Shown here: positions 9,173-19,222 of the stretch, in pieces
Layout: each line of letters begins with the position of its first letter
How positions within the stretch are numbered: the stretch's first letter is position 1
IMG/VR virus record: IMGVR_UViG_3300031994_000022
Reading direction: 5' to 3' (one strand)
Length of the DNA: 64,000 nucleotides
Source of the DNA: a virus
Taxonomy: Duplodnaviria; Caudoviricetes
Notes under the pieces: generated by a model
The model's database searches: none
What the model saw: only the letters and a program-made list of their open reading frames with translations
What the model was told of the DNA's origin: nothing
Position numbers and translations under genes: made by a program

Positions 9173-10108
9173 TTATTCAACTAATGAGCCATCAGGATTA
9201 AATACATAATTCTTTAGTCCAATCCTTACCTTACCAGTTACCATATAACCGGTACTATCAAAGTAATACCACTTGCCATCAACCTTACACCATTCCTTAA
9301 TCGGATACCATTGAGATTCCACACCTTCTAACCAGTATCCTTTATTATTACATTTCCAAGCATAAGTTAATTGATCCCAAGCACCATTCTTATCTACATA
9401 ATAAAGTTTTCCATCTTCGGCATAATTCTTCGACTTAATGAATTCATCAGCAGCCATATAACCCGAAGGTTTAAAATAATAATCAACTCCGTCTATAGTC
9501 TTCCAAGTGTTGACTGGATATGTGCCATTGCTATATACATACCACCATCCATTGTCATCATTCTGCCAACCAGATTTGGATTGATTCAGTTTCTTATTAA
9601 CTGCCTCACCTATCTGTCCCATACGACTATACAAATAATCGCCAGGACATGCCTTATTTGCAAAGTCACGATGAACAGTCATATTACAACCATTCTTGTG
9701 ATTTATTCTATCAGATTTATTATTAGACCATATCATTTTCTGTATTCCATTTCTCTTACATATGTCTGTACATAATTCAATAAGAGAAGAGTATACAGCT
9801 GAATTAACCGCATATGGATTTGTAGTATCTGATGCACATTCTATTGTTACAGCACGTTGATCATTTGCTTGATTTGAAGTACACTGAGATGCCTTATTTT
9901 CCTCAACATACATAGCAATTCTTCCATCTGTACCAATTCCATAATTGGAAGAAGCTCTTGCAGAAGACTTAGAAAATATACTTCCGCAAGTCTCTACAGA
10001 CAATTGCCCTACCATACAGTGGATTGAAATAGTATCAATACTATGATTTCGTTTTCCGTATGTATTAGGAGAGAGTGCTGTGTATTTAACTAACGAACTA
10101 TTACTCAT
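9173..10108 (-). CDS. N-acetylmuramoyl-L-alanine amidase with C-terminal cell-wall-binding repeats
   Basis: Amidase_2 motifs SIHC, SSNYGIG, TIEC, VHRDFANKACPG; repeats such as WKTIDGVDYYFKPSGYMA and KWYYFDSTGYMVTG. Confidence 0.9.
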   Translation of the reverse strand: MSNSSLVKYTALSPNTYGKRNHSIDTISIHCMVGQLSVETCGSIFSKSSARASSNYGIGTDGRIAMYVEENKASQCTSNQANDQRAVTIECASDTTNPYAVNSAVYSSLIELCTDICKRNGIQKMIWSNNKSDRINHKNGCNMTVHRDFANKACPGDYLYSRMGQIGEAVNKKLNQSKSGWQNDDNGWWYVYSNGTYPVNTWKTIDGVDYYFKPSGYMAADEFIKSKNYAEDGKLYYVDKNGAWDQLTYAWKCNNKGYWLEGVESQWYPIKEWCKVDGKWYYFDSTGYMVTGKVRIGLKNYVFNPDGSLVE

Positions 10109-10133
10109 TGTCTTACCTCCAAAAAACGTGGAG

Positions 10134-11354
10134 TTATGACAACTCCACGTTATAAATACAATCTATACCATTTTCGTCACAAACCAAAACTGTTTGATTC
10201 GGTTTGCCAGATAATCTCTTTTCTATAGTGTAATCATCTCCGGCACCAGCTATAGAACCACCTTGAATTATCTTAACTCCATTTATGTCTGTACTACTTG
10301 GGAAGTGATTATGTCCATTCATAATAGCATATGGTATCTTACCGAGCATCATGCTGAGATTGCCAACTCCCGTTTTAGTCAGATTATCAAAGTCTCCGTG
10401 TACAGCCACATATTCTTTTCCATAAAGTTCAAACAATGAAATACCAGAGTCTATGCGATGTTCAGGTTCATCATGAACCTTGATATTATCTATATGCATA
10501 GTCATCTGCTTAACAATCCAAGTGATAAGATTATCTAGTCTTTCATCATGGACAGCCATTTCTTTATTACTTACAAGTCTGCTGTGATTACCCGCACACT
10601 CATATATGTTTACAAAACCAAACACATTTGCAAGCTCCACACAAAATGATGATATTACTTCGCTTGCAATCTTAATCTGTTCAATAACATTTTCTCTGTT
10701 ACTGACTTGAATTGTGTTATGAATGTTTCCGCTTATTTCGTCACCTAGTAATACTACGTTTACCATTACAGAACCATGTCTGTTTCCAATCTGTATTACT
10801 TTATCTAATAGCTGCCCTAATCTATCTTTTAATATATCAGTATCATATCTGCCAAATGGATTATTAAATGTTTCCCCAGTATGTAAATCTGACAACATTA
10901 CTATAAGAGAATTATCTCCATCGTTATAACAAATACTATCCGATACATCAAAATTAGCTCTACCTATTTCTTGAAGTTCTCTTTCAAGATTATCTAATTT
11001 TTCTTCTATACGTGCTTCAACACGATTTTGCTTATTCCAGCCATTACGCTCATCTCTAAATGCAACCTTGGCTCTCTCTAATTCACGCTTCTGATTATTT
11101 AGTTTTTCCGTATATTCATCTTCGGTAAATTTACTAAACACACCAGCTTCGTAAAATCTTTTAGCTTGCTGATATGGTTTTCTGTAAGCAGAAGAGGAGC
11201 GATACTCGTCCTCGTCATCTCTGCATTCTTTATTTATATATTCGGCTAATTCGTCCCAATCCATATCTAGAATTCCAGAGTCTTTCATCTGGGCAACTCG
11301 CCATATGTATTGTTCTTCGTTTTCATTCGGATGTCTTTTTAAACTATTCACCAA
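10134..11354 (-). CDS. Calcineurin-like metallophosphoesterase (YonJ-like)
   Basis: LSDLH, LGDEISG, GNHSR, VHGD and GHNH motifs. Confidence 0.8.
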   Translation of the reverse strand: MVNSLKRHPNENEEQYIWRVAQMKDSGILDMDWDELAEYINKECRDDEDEYRSSSAYRKPYQQAKRFYEAGVFSKFTEDEYTEKLNNQKRELERAKVAFRDERNGWNKQNRVEARIEEKLDNLERELQEIGRANFDVSDSICYNDGDNSLIVMLSDLHTGETFNNPFGRYDTDILKDRLGQLLDKVIQIGNRHGSVMVNVVLLGDEISGNIHNTIQVSNRENVIEQIKIASEVISSFCVELANVFGFVNIYECAGNHSRLVSNKEMAVHDERLDNLITWIVKQMTMHIDNIKVHDEPEHRIDSGISLFELYGKEYVAVHGDFDNLTKTGVGNLSMMLGKIPYAIMNGHNHFPSSTDINGVKIIQGGSIAGAGDDYTIEKRLSGKPNQTVLVCDENGIDCIYNVELS

Positions 11355-11363
11355 ATCACCACC

Positions 11364-11552
11364 TTACCCATTAAGGTCACGATCGACCTTTGTAGATACT
11401 TTTATAGTAAACTGTGTACCATCTTTATACGTCTTCTGAAGAAGTTCATATAAATTTACTTCAGCTCCGTCATCATCAAGAAGGGTAGTACCATCCATAT
11501 AAGCATCTTTAATAGTAAGTGATTTATTTGTCGTTTCCTTTATTGTTATCAT
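11364..11552 (-). CDS. Small protein, YonK-like by size and position
   Basis: 62 aa between HU and the phosphoesterase, as in the SPbeta yonN-yonK-yonJ order. Confidence 0.45.
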   Translation of the reverse strand: MITIKETTNKSLTIKDAYMDGTTLLDDDGAEVNLYELLQKTYKDGTQFTIKVSTKVDRDLNG

Positions 11553-11685
11553 CCCTTTTATCTCCTTATTATACCTTGAGTTAAAAACGTTCCCGTTTCA
11601 CCCATATGGTTCTCTTTTAAATTTTTCTCCTTAAATCACTGACGGCTTCTACCGAAGCAGAAGCCGTATTGTAATAAGGAGGTAT

Positions 11686-11943
11686 TTACGAAACAGGAGA
11701 GGTTATTTTGAAATATTTTCCAAAACGTGCTCTCGCAAACTTAACTTCATCTTTGTATGATGCTGGATATACAATAAGTCCCTTCAAAACAACTGTCTCT
11801 TTTCCTTCGTTTAGATTTTGCAAGGTAATCTTACTAGCACTATCCAATACGGCAGATATATCTCTTTTGGCGTATCCGGTATCTTTAGATATCTGCCCCA
11901 CAAACTCCGGATTATTAATCTTTTCTTTTTTCATCCTTTTCAC
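11686..11943 (-). CDS. HU-like histone-like DNA-binding protein
   Basis: INNPEFVGQISKDTGYAKRDISAVLD...VVLKGL...ARFGKYFK matches the HU fold, with a shortened arm. Confidence 0.7.
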   Translation of the reverse strand: MKRMKKEKINNPEFVGQISKDTGYAKRDISAVLDSASKITLQNLNEGKETVVLKGLIVYPASYKDEVKFARARFGKYFKITSPVS

Positions 11944-12275
11944 TCCTCGAATATTGTCATTCCTATATTTAGTCCTTTATCAGAAAGAATCTTTATGAAA
12001 GGTCTATGATCAACAACTTCCGTTCCATCATCTAATTTACGTGTGATCTTTTTGCCTTTACATTTTTCATTCTTACATACCACGACATTAGTGCCGTATA
12101 CGTATGTAGTAGGTTCTTTACAATAAGGACAGGTACCCAAAAACTTTTCTCTCTGAGATTCAAGTTTCTGTTTATCATTAGTTACTCGTTTGTACGGTTT
12201 AAGTCCAAACATTTCTTGTCCAATTTCATCGAAAGAGTAGTAGACTTTACCGCCTGTTTTTTTATCCATATCCAT
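11940..12275 (-). CDS. Zn-ribbon hypothetical protein
   Basis: CPYC...CKNEKC; RBS AAGGAG. Confidence 0.6.
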   Translation of the reverse strand: MDMDKKTGGKVYYSFDEIGQEMFGLKPYKRVTNDKQKLESQREKFLGTCPYCKEPTTYVYGTNVVVCKNEKCKGKKITRKLDDGTEVVDHRPFIKILSDKGLNIGMTIFEE

Positions 12276-12375
12276 TTATCTCCTTTAAAATATTGGGGAG
12301 AAATTTAATTTTCTCCTTTGTCTTCATTAGATGATTAAGGAGACCCTAAAAAAATAGGGGATAAAGCCATATTTT

Positions 12376-14997
12376 TTAATCCAATTTTTCGCTTACTGGT
12401 ACAGTTTTAAAGCATTTTTTAAAGGTTTTCGGGTTTAAATCATACAATATTTTAAGAAGTATTGGTCTGTTTTTACTAAGTTTTGTGTTAATAATATCTG
12501 ATTGTCTCTTTACCCCAGGTGTTATCATAAACGCTCGATTAATCAACCAAGACATTAATCCAATGTATTTACTTGAAAGATTGAGTCTTCTGATATCTTC
12601 TATCATCTTGTCGTAATCCATACGGAGCAATAACCAATCTTCATAGTCTGTATCAGAATTTTTTATAGTTGAATAATATTTTAAGGAATACTTTTCTATT
12701 AGCTCCTCTACTTGTTTGCATTTTTTCTTATAAGGTTTATCTTCATGATTAACAAAGAAATCTTGTATTGGTATAGATGGACAAGCATATCTCATTCTAC
12801 CAACCTTTAGTTTGCCTACTTCGTTCATTGGGCAAATGATATTTGGATTAATCTTACTTCTGACTTCCGGTTTTATTAACCCAAAGAAAGATGGGTAGCC
12901 AAACTCTTTAATATTAAGCTCGTTACGTATTCTTTGGATTTCCCCATGAATATCCACGTTGAAAGTTTTCTTGGCATTATCTATTGAACACTGCGCTAGT
13001 ACAGCCAAGATATCAACATACTTTTCAAAATCCTTCCCAAATTCATTATATGTATAACTAAGTCCTACTTGCGCTACATTTGATGATTCTCCAATATCTA
13101 ATTGGGTTGAAGCTATCTTGTTGTCTACTATTGCAAAGTTTTTAATATCTCGACCGTATATGTTTTTCTCCATAGGTATATTGTTATCTACGGTAGGATA
13201 GTGAGCATAACAATACTTAGCGTGCTCCACAATATTTTTCTCGTTGGTCACATATACCTGATCTGAGTCCTGGTCGCTACCATTTTCTCTAGCTTGGAAA
13301 TCCGTACCAATAAGATTAACGCAGATTATCAACTTCCCTAAATTAAAATATCTATCAAAATATTCATGGTGGTGATTATGAAGATACCCCAAGTTTGCAT
13401 CTGAATTGTATGGACTACGAAATGCGGCAAGATACTCTCCGTCATCGAACCTAGCAGTCCAACATTGTATTGTCCCATCCTCATGGTCTAGTGTGGGATC
13501 CTCTAATGGATTTTCACCAACTGAATGCATTAACATTCCATAAGGATTACCAACAATAACTAGATTATCTGCATTTTGAATTATATGCCCACTTTTTAAA
13601 TCTTTTAAATAAGCACTGATAATCTTAGTACGTCTTTCTCTAAAATAGTCGCAGTTGACAAAATCAGGATTCTGCTTACATAATTCATACAATACTTCGA
13701 AATCATTTGAAAAATTCTTCCACCTTTGGAGATAATCAAAAAAAACATTGTCATCATTCTTTAACTGCTCAATGTATTCAATACTATCAGAAAGCACCTC
13801 ACCCATAGTATTTATATTAAGAGAATTAACCATCTGATAACTCATACGCTGTTTATTTCCGTGCTTACTTTTATGGGCAGTCTTAACTATACCGAACCAA
13901 CAGCCATTCTCACGAACCCTGTCTGACCAATATTCATAGGACACATCAAACTTAAGCCACTTTGTAGCCTGGTCTGTAGTGATCAATTGAATATCTTTAG
14001 CTAAATGCTCATTACCCCACATGTCTATAACAGTGGCGGTCTCATAGTCTTCGCCAAAATAATCCCGAAAGTATTTCTGTATCTTAGTACAGAACGCCGC
14101 AGCCTTAAAGAAATGATGTCTGAGTAACACATATCCATTTCCCCATTCGGGAAATATAGATTCATCTATCAAAGCTTGTCCGTCAAATATGGTATTCTTT
14201 ACCTCATAATTATCACGAGGTATTCCTTGACAATGCCCATTTTCGTCAAGCTCAATACTTAATACTTTTGTTTTGAAAAAAGAGTCCACGTCTTTAAGTA
14301 TAAGAATATTCTCCGGTTTTATTTGAACCTTACCTTCAATAGAACTTGCAATAAGAGAGGAGTATGCTCCAATCTCTACTATTGGAGCATTTTTCTTCGG
14401 CAGTTTTAATCCCATCCAAAGAAAGTCGTGAGCTTTCTTCCACAAAGAGGATTTAATAAAGAGAACGGATCCCTTCTTGGCTTTTCCTGTGCTACGATAG
14501 AGCATCTTGTAATGTACGACCTCGTAGTCGTATTGTTTTGTTTTTTTATTGTACTTCGGATATTTAATATCAACCCCATTAACATAGTGATCGATACGTA
14601 TATCATCCGCAGATATCTTTTCGTATTTGTCTTTATTCTCTTCAATAATCTGAATTCGTTTTGCTAAATTATGTTTTCTATCTTCAGCTTCTTGTATTTT
14701 ATGTTTGATTCCGCGAGATTTCGCCACCTTACGTTCTATACGATTTTCTTTTATTTGTTTCCGCACACGTTTTATAGCTTCTTCGTATGAACAGCTTCCA
14801 TACTTATAATCAATACAAATAATATCTCTGGTGGATTCTTCTTTCCAAAGCTTAAGCCCATTCTCCATCAAAAAATCTTTAAATAGACTATTGGTTAACA
14901 TAGCCGGGGTAGTATCATATTTAAATCTTACCCCTTGATTTACTTCGCATATAGAACCTGCTGTGTAATTAAATATTTTTATTCCATACTCCGACAT
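12376..14997 (-). CDS. YonO-like single-subunit RNA polymerase (double-psi barrel, RdRP-related)
   Basis: 873 aa with FDGQALI, FRSPY, catalytic GSDQDSD, IGESSN and IDNAKK; upstream of late genes as in SPbeta. Confidence 0.85.
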   Translation of the reverse strand: MSEYGIKIFNYTAGSICEVNQGVRFKYDTTPAMLTNSLFKDFLMENGLKLWKEESTRDIICIDYKYGSCSYEEAIKRVRKQIKENRIERKVAKSRGIKHKIQEAEDRKHNLAKRIQIIEENKDKYEKISADDIRIDHYVNGVDIKYPKYNKKTKQYDYEVVHYKMLYRSTGKAKKGSVLFIKSSLWKKAHDFLWMGLKLPKKNAPIVEIGAYSSLIASSIEGKVQIKPENILILKDVDSFFKTKVLSIELDENGHCQGIPRDNYEVKNTIFDGQALIDESIFPEWGNGYVLLRHHFFKAAAFCTKIQKYFRDYFGEDYETATVIDMWGNEHLAKDIQLITTDQATKWLKFDVSYEYWSDRVRENGCWFGIVKTAHKSKHGNKQRMSYQMVNSLNINTMGEVLSDSIEYIEQLKNDDNVFFDYLQRWKNFSNDFEVLYELCKQNPDFVNCDYFRERRTKIISAYLKDLKSGHIIQNADNLVIVGNPYGMLMHSVGENPLEDPTLDHEDGTIQCWTARFDDGEYLAAFRSPYNSDANLGYLHNHHHEYFDRYFNLGKLIICVNLIGTDFQARENGSDQDSDQVYVTNEKNIVEHAKYCYAHYPTVDNNIPMEKNIYGRDIKNFAIVDNKIASTQLDIGESSNVAQVGLSYTYNEFGKDFEKYVDILAVLAQCSIDNAKKTFNVDIHGEIQRIRNELNIKEFGYPSFFGLIKPEVRSKINPNIICPMNEVGKLKVGRMRYACPSIPIQDFFVNHEDKPYKKKCKQVEELIEKYSLKYYSTIKNSDTDYEDWLLLRMDYDKMIEDIRRLNLSSKYIGLMSWLINRAFMITPGVKRQSDIINTKLSKNRPILLKILYDLNPKTFKKCFKTVPVSEKLD

Positions 14998-15321
14998 TTA
15001 ATTCTCTCCCTTGCGTGTCAGTAAATTATATAAGTCTTCTGCTGTACTAAACGGTATTGGATTACCCTCCGCATCTGTTACATCTCCCAAGTGTGTATTT
15101 CTGCCGTAATCACGTTCATAGCAAAAATAGCTAATCCATCCATCTGCGTCGCACATTACTTCTTCCAATACAGTGATAAGAGCGTCGCTGCAATCAGGGT
15201 ACTGCATAATACCCATATCTGCGAATGGGGCAGTAGTGTGCAAGAGATCCAATACGCCCCGTTGAAAATCATCAACGGCTTGCAATGAGCGAATAGCCTT
15301 GGTGAACAAATCTTTGGTCAT
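14998..15321 (-). CDS. Hypothetical protein
   Basis: 107 aa, abutting both neighbours, RBS AAGGAGG. Confidence 0.6.
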   Translation of the reverse strand: MTKDLFTKAIRSLQAVDDFQRGVLDLLHTTAPFADMGIMQYPDCSDALITVLEEVMCDADGWISYFCYERDYGRNTHLGDVTDAEGNPIPFSTAEDLYNLLTRKGEN

Positions 15322-16209
15322 TTAAATTCCTCCTTTTACCTTGAAGTATCCTATAGTTTCCTGAAGATCATTAATATTATTACCGCCGTAGTATACTCGC
15401 GGATTAACTAAATACATTCTTACGGACTTTTTGTCAGTAACCATAAGAATAGCTTTTTCACCTCCAACGGTTATTTCAAATAGTTCGTTTAATGTTCTAT
15501 TACCATTTCTATTACTTATATCTAATATTTCTTCCATTTGACCTGTATTAGGTAGTGATAATTTACTAATATCTTTTTCTTTTGTATTAAAGCAAATAAT
15601 ATTATGCCAAATATTAATATAGGGTAGTAGTAATATAAATTTTCCTAATAATTTATGTTCTCTGGAATCATTTGATCTTTCATAAAGGTCTTGAATACTG
15701 TTATTAAATATACGGGTACATTGTTGTTTATATCTTTTATCTTTAATAATATCTCCTCTATAACAGTACTCAGTATTGATTAATAAATATCCATCTTTGT
15801 CGGCGTATATTAATTCTTTTTCAAATAATACCTTTTTAATCTTAGTCATCGTATTTCTGCTGACATTAAAAATATCTATTAAGAAATCAACTTTTATTTT
15901 TTTTCCTTTGTATATTATGTATCCTGTATCATATTCCATAAATGTACAAAGATATATAAACCGAAAAGCAGTAGCAGTATCATTATTGATCTTATCTAAC
16001 AAAGCCTGATACCTTGTATGAATAAAATTACCATATTCTTCCTGTAATAAAGTCGGTAACGGAAGAATATTATTATTATAATAACCTAATCCTTTTATTT
16101 GTCTTCTATGTGATTCTTCTTTTTTCTGCATTTCTTCTGAAGATGTAAAATCTCCAGCTCCTAATTTCTCTCCGGTATCAAAATCAACCAAGTTTCTATA
16201 ATAGCCCAT
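15322..16209 (-). CDS. RepL-like winged-helix replication/DNA-binding protein with two repeated HTH domains
   Basis: Two RepL-type motifs (LLINTEYCYRG, YLVNPRVYYGG); ATG 16209 follows AGGAG; direct repeats just upstream. Confidence 0.6.
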   Translation of the reverse strand: MGYYRNLVDFDTGEKLGAGDFTSSEEMQKKEESHRRQIKGLGYYNNNILPLPTLLQEEYGNFIHTRYQALLDKINNDTATAFRFIYLCTFMEYDTGYIIYKGKKIKVDFLIDIFNVSRNTMTKIKKVLFEKELIYADKDGYLLINTEYCYRGDIIKDKRYKQQCTRIFNNSIQDLYERSNDSREHKLLGKFILLLPYINIWHNIICFNTKEKDISKLSLPNTGQMEEILDISNRNGNRTLNELFEITVGGEKAILMVTDKKSVRMYLVNPRVYYGGNNINDLQETIGYFKVKGGI

Positions 16210-16247
16210 AAATAATCTCCTCTCTGTCAAGTAAAAATACTTTACAA

Positions 16248-16320
16248 ATGTTCGTCATTCTGTGTGCATGTTCGTCATTCTGTGTGCATTTAGACCCAAA
16301 TCTTCGTCATTCTGTGACAC
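16248..16320. repeat. Iteron-like direct repeats (candidate origin or operator)
   Basis: ATGTTCGTCATTCTGTGTGC twice in tandem (16248, 16268) plus TTCGTCATTCTGTG at 16303. Confidence 0.8.
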
Positions 16321-16491
16321 GCCTTTTACCGATTTACCTATGTTTTTTGGGGGTGGTGCCTATATATGTATATGTCCAGCTTTAATTTCAGCCCTAACAA
16401 GCCCACAAACAATAACTCAACTATATATTAACACATAATACCTATAATGTCAAACAAAAAAAAGGGATAGATACTTCTACCCCCCTTGGTA

Positions 16492-16698
16492 TTACGCAGC
16501 TTCAAAGTATACCTCTATATCATTATCTCGGTATATAATGATATCCTGACCAATAACACAATGATCTTTATCTAAAAACATTTCCGTATTCCCCGATATT
16601 ATATTATAACTATCTTCTAATTCTACGACTTCGTCTATATCTAATACCTCGTAGCAAGTAAACCCCGGTATTGTAATACTAACAATACATCTATCCAT
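16492..16698 (-). CDS. Hypothetical acidic protein co-transcribed with the repressor
   Basis: 68 aa directly after the repressor, followed by a hairpin and T run at ~16456-16488. Confidence 0.55.
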   Translation of the reverse strand: MDRCIVSITIPGFTCYEVLDIDEVVELEDSYNIISGNTEMFLDKDHCVIGQDIIIYRDNDIEVYFEAA

Positions 16699-16699
16699 A

Positions 16700-17302
16700 C
16701 TAATTAACCACCTTTCCTAATACTTTAAATTCATTTACATCTGATAAATGTATAGGGTAATATTTTTTATTTTCAGATATAAGCATATTTTTCCCCAATT
16801 TTTTACAATAACACTGTCCATCTACGTAGAAGATTCCGACATCTCCAATATTTAATTCCAACGTCTTCTGCACCCATACCAGATCATTGTCCTTGTATAA
16901 CGGTTCCATACTGTCGCCATTTATATAAACCCCATAATCTGCTGTGATTGGTACTGAAAGAGGAACTGTCATCATTTCATATGTACTATCATCAACGTAT
17001 TCTCCTACACCGGCAGATACTCCCATTGTATACACCGGTAATTCACGGAACATTCTCGCATACATCACAAGACGATTTAAAGCAGTGTCTTGATCTAGGA
17101 ATTCCTTATTGATATCTGGTATATGCAGAACCTCACATATTGTTAAGAACTGATATGCATTAGGTATGGTGAGATTCTTTTCCCAGGATGATATTCCTTT
17201 ATTAGTAATAGGATACCCTTTAGCGGTTATCAACTCTGCGAGTGCGGTTTGTGATAGATTACGTTCTTTACGTAGTTGCTGCAGTTTATTACCCAAATCC
17301 AT
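16700..17302 (-). CDS. CI/LexA-like repressor (XRE HTH + S24 peptidase)
   Basis: LQQLRKERNLSQTALAE HTH, SAGVG cleavage-site motif, GDSMEP serine and KKL lysine. Confidence 0.92.
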   Translation of the reverse strand: MDLGNKLQQLRKERNLSQTALAELITAKGYPITNKGISSWEKNLTIPNAYQFLTICEVLHIPDINKEFLDQDTALNRLVMYARMFRELPVYTMGVSAGVGEYVDDSTYEMMTVPLSVPITADYGVYINGDSMEPLYKDNDLVWVQKTLELNIGDVGIFYVDGQCYCKKLGKNMLISENKKYYPIHLSDVNEFKVLGKVVN

Positions 17303-17488
17303 TTTTTCACCTCCGAGTACAATTATATACCTTATATCCGATAATTGTAAAGAGATAAATTGTATTTTATTATGCGAAAAATCCTTGAACTAAAGATTTT
17401 TGTGTTGATAAGTTGTTGACAAAATCTTGATATAGGGGATAAACAGTAGACAATTAGTATGATATAATAGATTCAGGAGGTGTTGATA

Positions 17489-17662
17489 ATGAAAAATAAA
17501 ATATGTCCAAGTTGTGGTCAATTATTATTGTTATTAAAATATCGTATAGGGGTAGGAACTTATAAATGTGATAAATGCAATATTTTTTATTTTAACGGTG
17601 ATCAGAAGAAAAAAATAATCATAAAAAATGGAATTATTTTTTATAATTTAAATAGGGAATAA
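17489..17662 (+). CDS. Small Zn-ribbon protein divergent from the repressor
   Basis: CPSCG...CDKC; RBS AGGAGG; extended -10 TGaTATAAT at 17460-17468. Confidence 0.5.
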   Translation: MKNKICPSCGQLLLLLKYRIGVGTYKCDKCNIFYFNGDQKKKIIIKNGIIFYNLNRE

Positions 17663-17705
17663 TTACGATTTCATATGCGACTTATAAAAAATATAAAAAA
17701 TATAG

Positions 17706-17734
17706 ATAAGACCTTGTTATTGGGTCTTATTTTT
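17706..17734 (+). terminator. Intrinsic terminator
   Basis: ATAAGACC-loop-GGTCTTAT followed by a T run. Confidence 0.6.
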
Positions 17735-17889
17735 ATTGCTGATTTTTCATGGAAGTGTGTGGATAAATCTGCAAGCCTGGTTTAGCCTGCTGCTGACCGG
17801 GTTTTTGTGAAAAATACCCCTATAAGTACCTAAAATAGTTATTTTACGTATTTTTAAAAATCGCATAAAAGTGTGAGATAATATAATTG

Positions 17890-18470
17890 AGCAAAGCAAA
17901 AAATGCTTATCGCACTTTGAAAATTCTATAACAACTGACGAAATCGCTCCCATAGTGTCAATCAAGAGGTTGTAGCACCGCAAGGTGTAGCACCTAAAAA
18001 GGGCTTGGGTAACGACCAAGGGCAAGCTTGAAAGACTCACAAAAACAAGGGCTGAGCAACTAATCAATTACAAGCCAAGTTTGAGTAAGACTTGAGAAAA
18101 GGGCAAAATGTGAGATGCGGAGAGTTTAAGAAAGTACTCAAAGTATTATAGATTTATATTGAAACAAGGTAGTGAGAATCTAGCTATATCTACACTTTAG
18201 GAGTTAACAAAAAACCCCTTTGATAAGTAAAGGCTATTATGACTCTATGTAGTCATTTCACAACTATGTTTGTGTTATAGCTGTAGACGAAAACAAGATG
18301 GTTGAGAGTCCATCAATAAAGATATAGGAGTAAATATTATGTCATACATAATAATAAGAGTTGTTATGTATCTTTTCGCATTTACGATACTTTACGAATT
18401 GATACATAACAACCATCACAACAACTAATTACTCCCCACTCTATGGTGACAGCATAGAGTGGGTCTTTAT
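17890..18470 (+). ncRNA. Long structured leader or ncRNA at the start of the early region
   Basis: No plus-strand ORF; boxA-like GCACTTTGAAA at 17912; hairpins CACC-GCAA-GGTG, CTTGG-gtaacga-CCAAG and GATGG-ttgagagt-CCATC; 13-bp inverted repeat 18360-18413; terminator-like stem 18437-18470. Confidence 0.55.
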
Positions 18471-18566
18471 TTAAAAATACACTATGTATTGATTAAAGTC
18501 AATAAAAAAGTTTGTTGATTTTAATAAATATATAGTCGACGGACTTTAAACGAATGGAGGTATTCT

Positions 18567-19208
18567 ATGTATAATTATCTTAAGAATGGCGTAACTGTTA
18601 ACAATGGTATTATGGCAATAGTTGAAGAGTTCAACACAATTGCTCGTGAATTAGCCACAAAGTCTATTGAAGCTAACACAACAAAAAAGGCACTCGAAAA
18701 GGCACTTGATGAGGCTATCGAGGCTAAGGACGCTGAGAAAACTGAAGAGGCTAAAAAGGCACTTGATGCACACGTTAAAGCTTGGAAGGCTGAGAGCGGA
18801 GAGTATAATATAAAGCTTTATGGTGGCAAAGTTGACGACAAAAAAACAGTAGGCATAGTTGATGGTATAGTTACTAATGAAATGTATAAAGCTTATGTTG
18901 AGTATATGAAAGGTGAAGCTGAGGACGGTAAAGAGGGATACAAAGCTGAGATTAAAAAGTTTATGTGTAAAGTATTCAATGAATATACGACTAAAGATGA
19001 CATCAAAGCTTCTGTATTCAACCATTTCTATACAGACATAGCAACAATGTCTAAAAAGAATAGTAATAAGAATATAGCTGAGGGTTGTGCTTATGTATCA
19101 GTAGTTAGCAAGCGTACTTATAAATATATGATTTGTGGGGCACTCGCTGATATAGTAGCTAACAACCACACACTTAAGGTTGCAAGACCTAAGAAGAATG
19201 GTAAGTAG
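18567..19208 (+). CDS. Hypothetical protein, first gene of the early block
   Basis: 213 aa, RBS GGAGG. Confidence 0.75.
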   Translation: MYNYLKNGVTVNNGIMAIVEEFNTIARELATKSIEANTTKKALEKALDEAIEAKDAEKTEEAKKALDAHVKAWKAESGEYNIKLYGGKVDDKKTVGIVDGIVTNEMYKAYVEYMKGEAEDGKEGYKAEIKKFMCKVFNEYTTKDDIKASVFNHFYTDIATMSKKNSNKNIAEGCAYVSVVSKRTYKYMICGALADIVANNHTLKVARPKKNGK

Positions 19209-19222
19209 GTTCAAAATATGGT

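Noticed and set aside
3519-12333. CAT-N4-6-TGA(A/G) words upstream of late units as a YonO promoter
   Set aside because: Only three loose instances (~3519, ~11597, ~12322) with inconsistent spacing.
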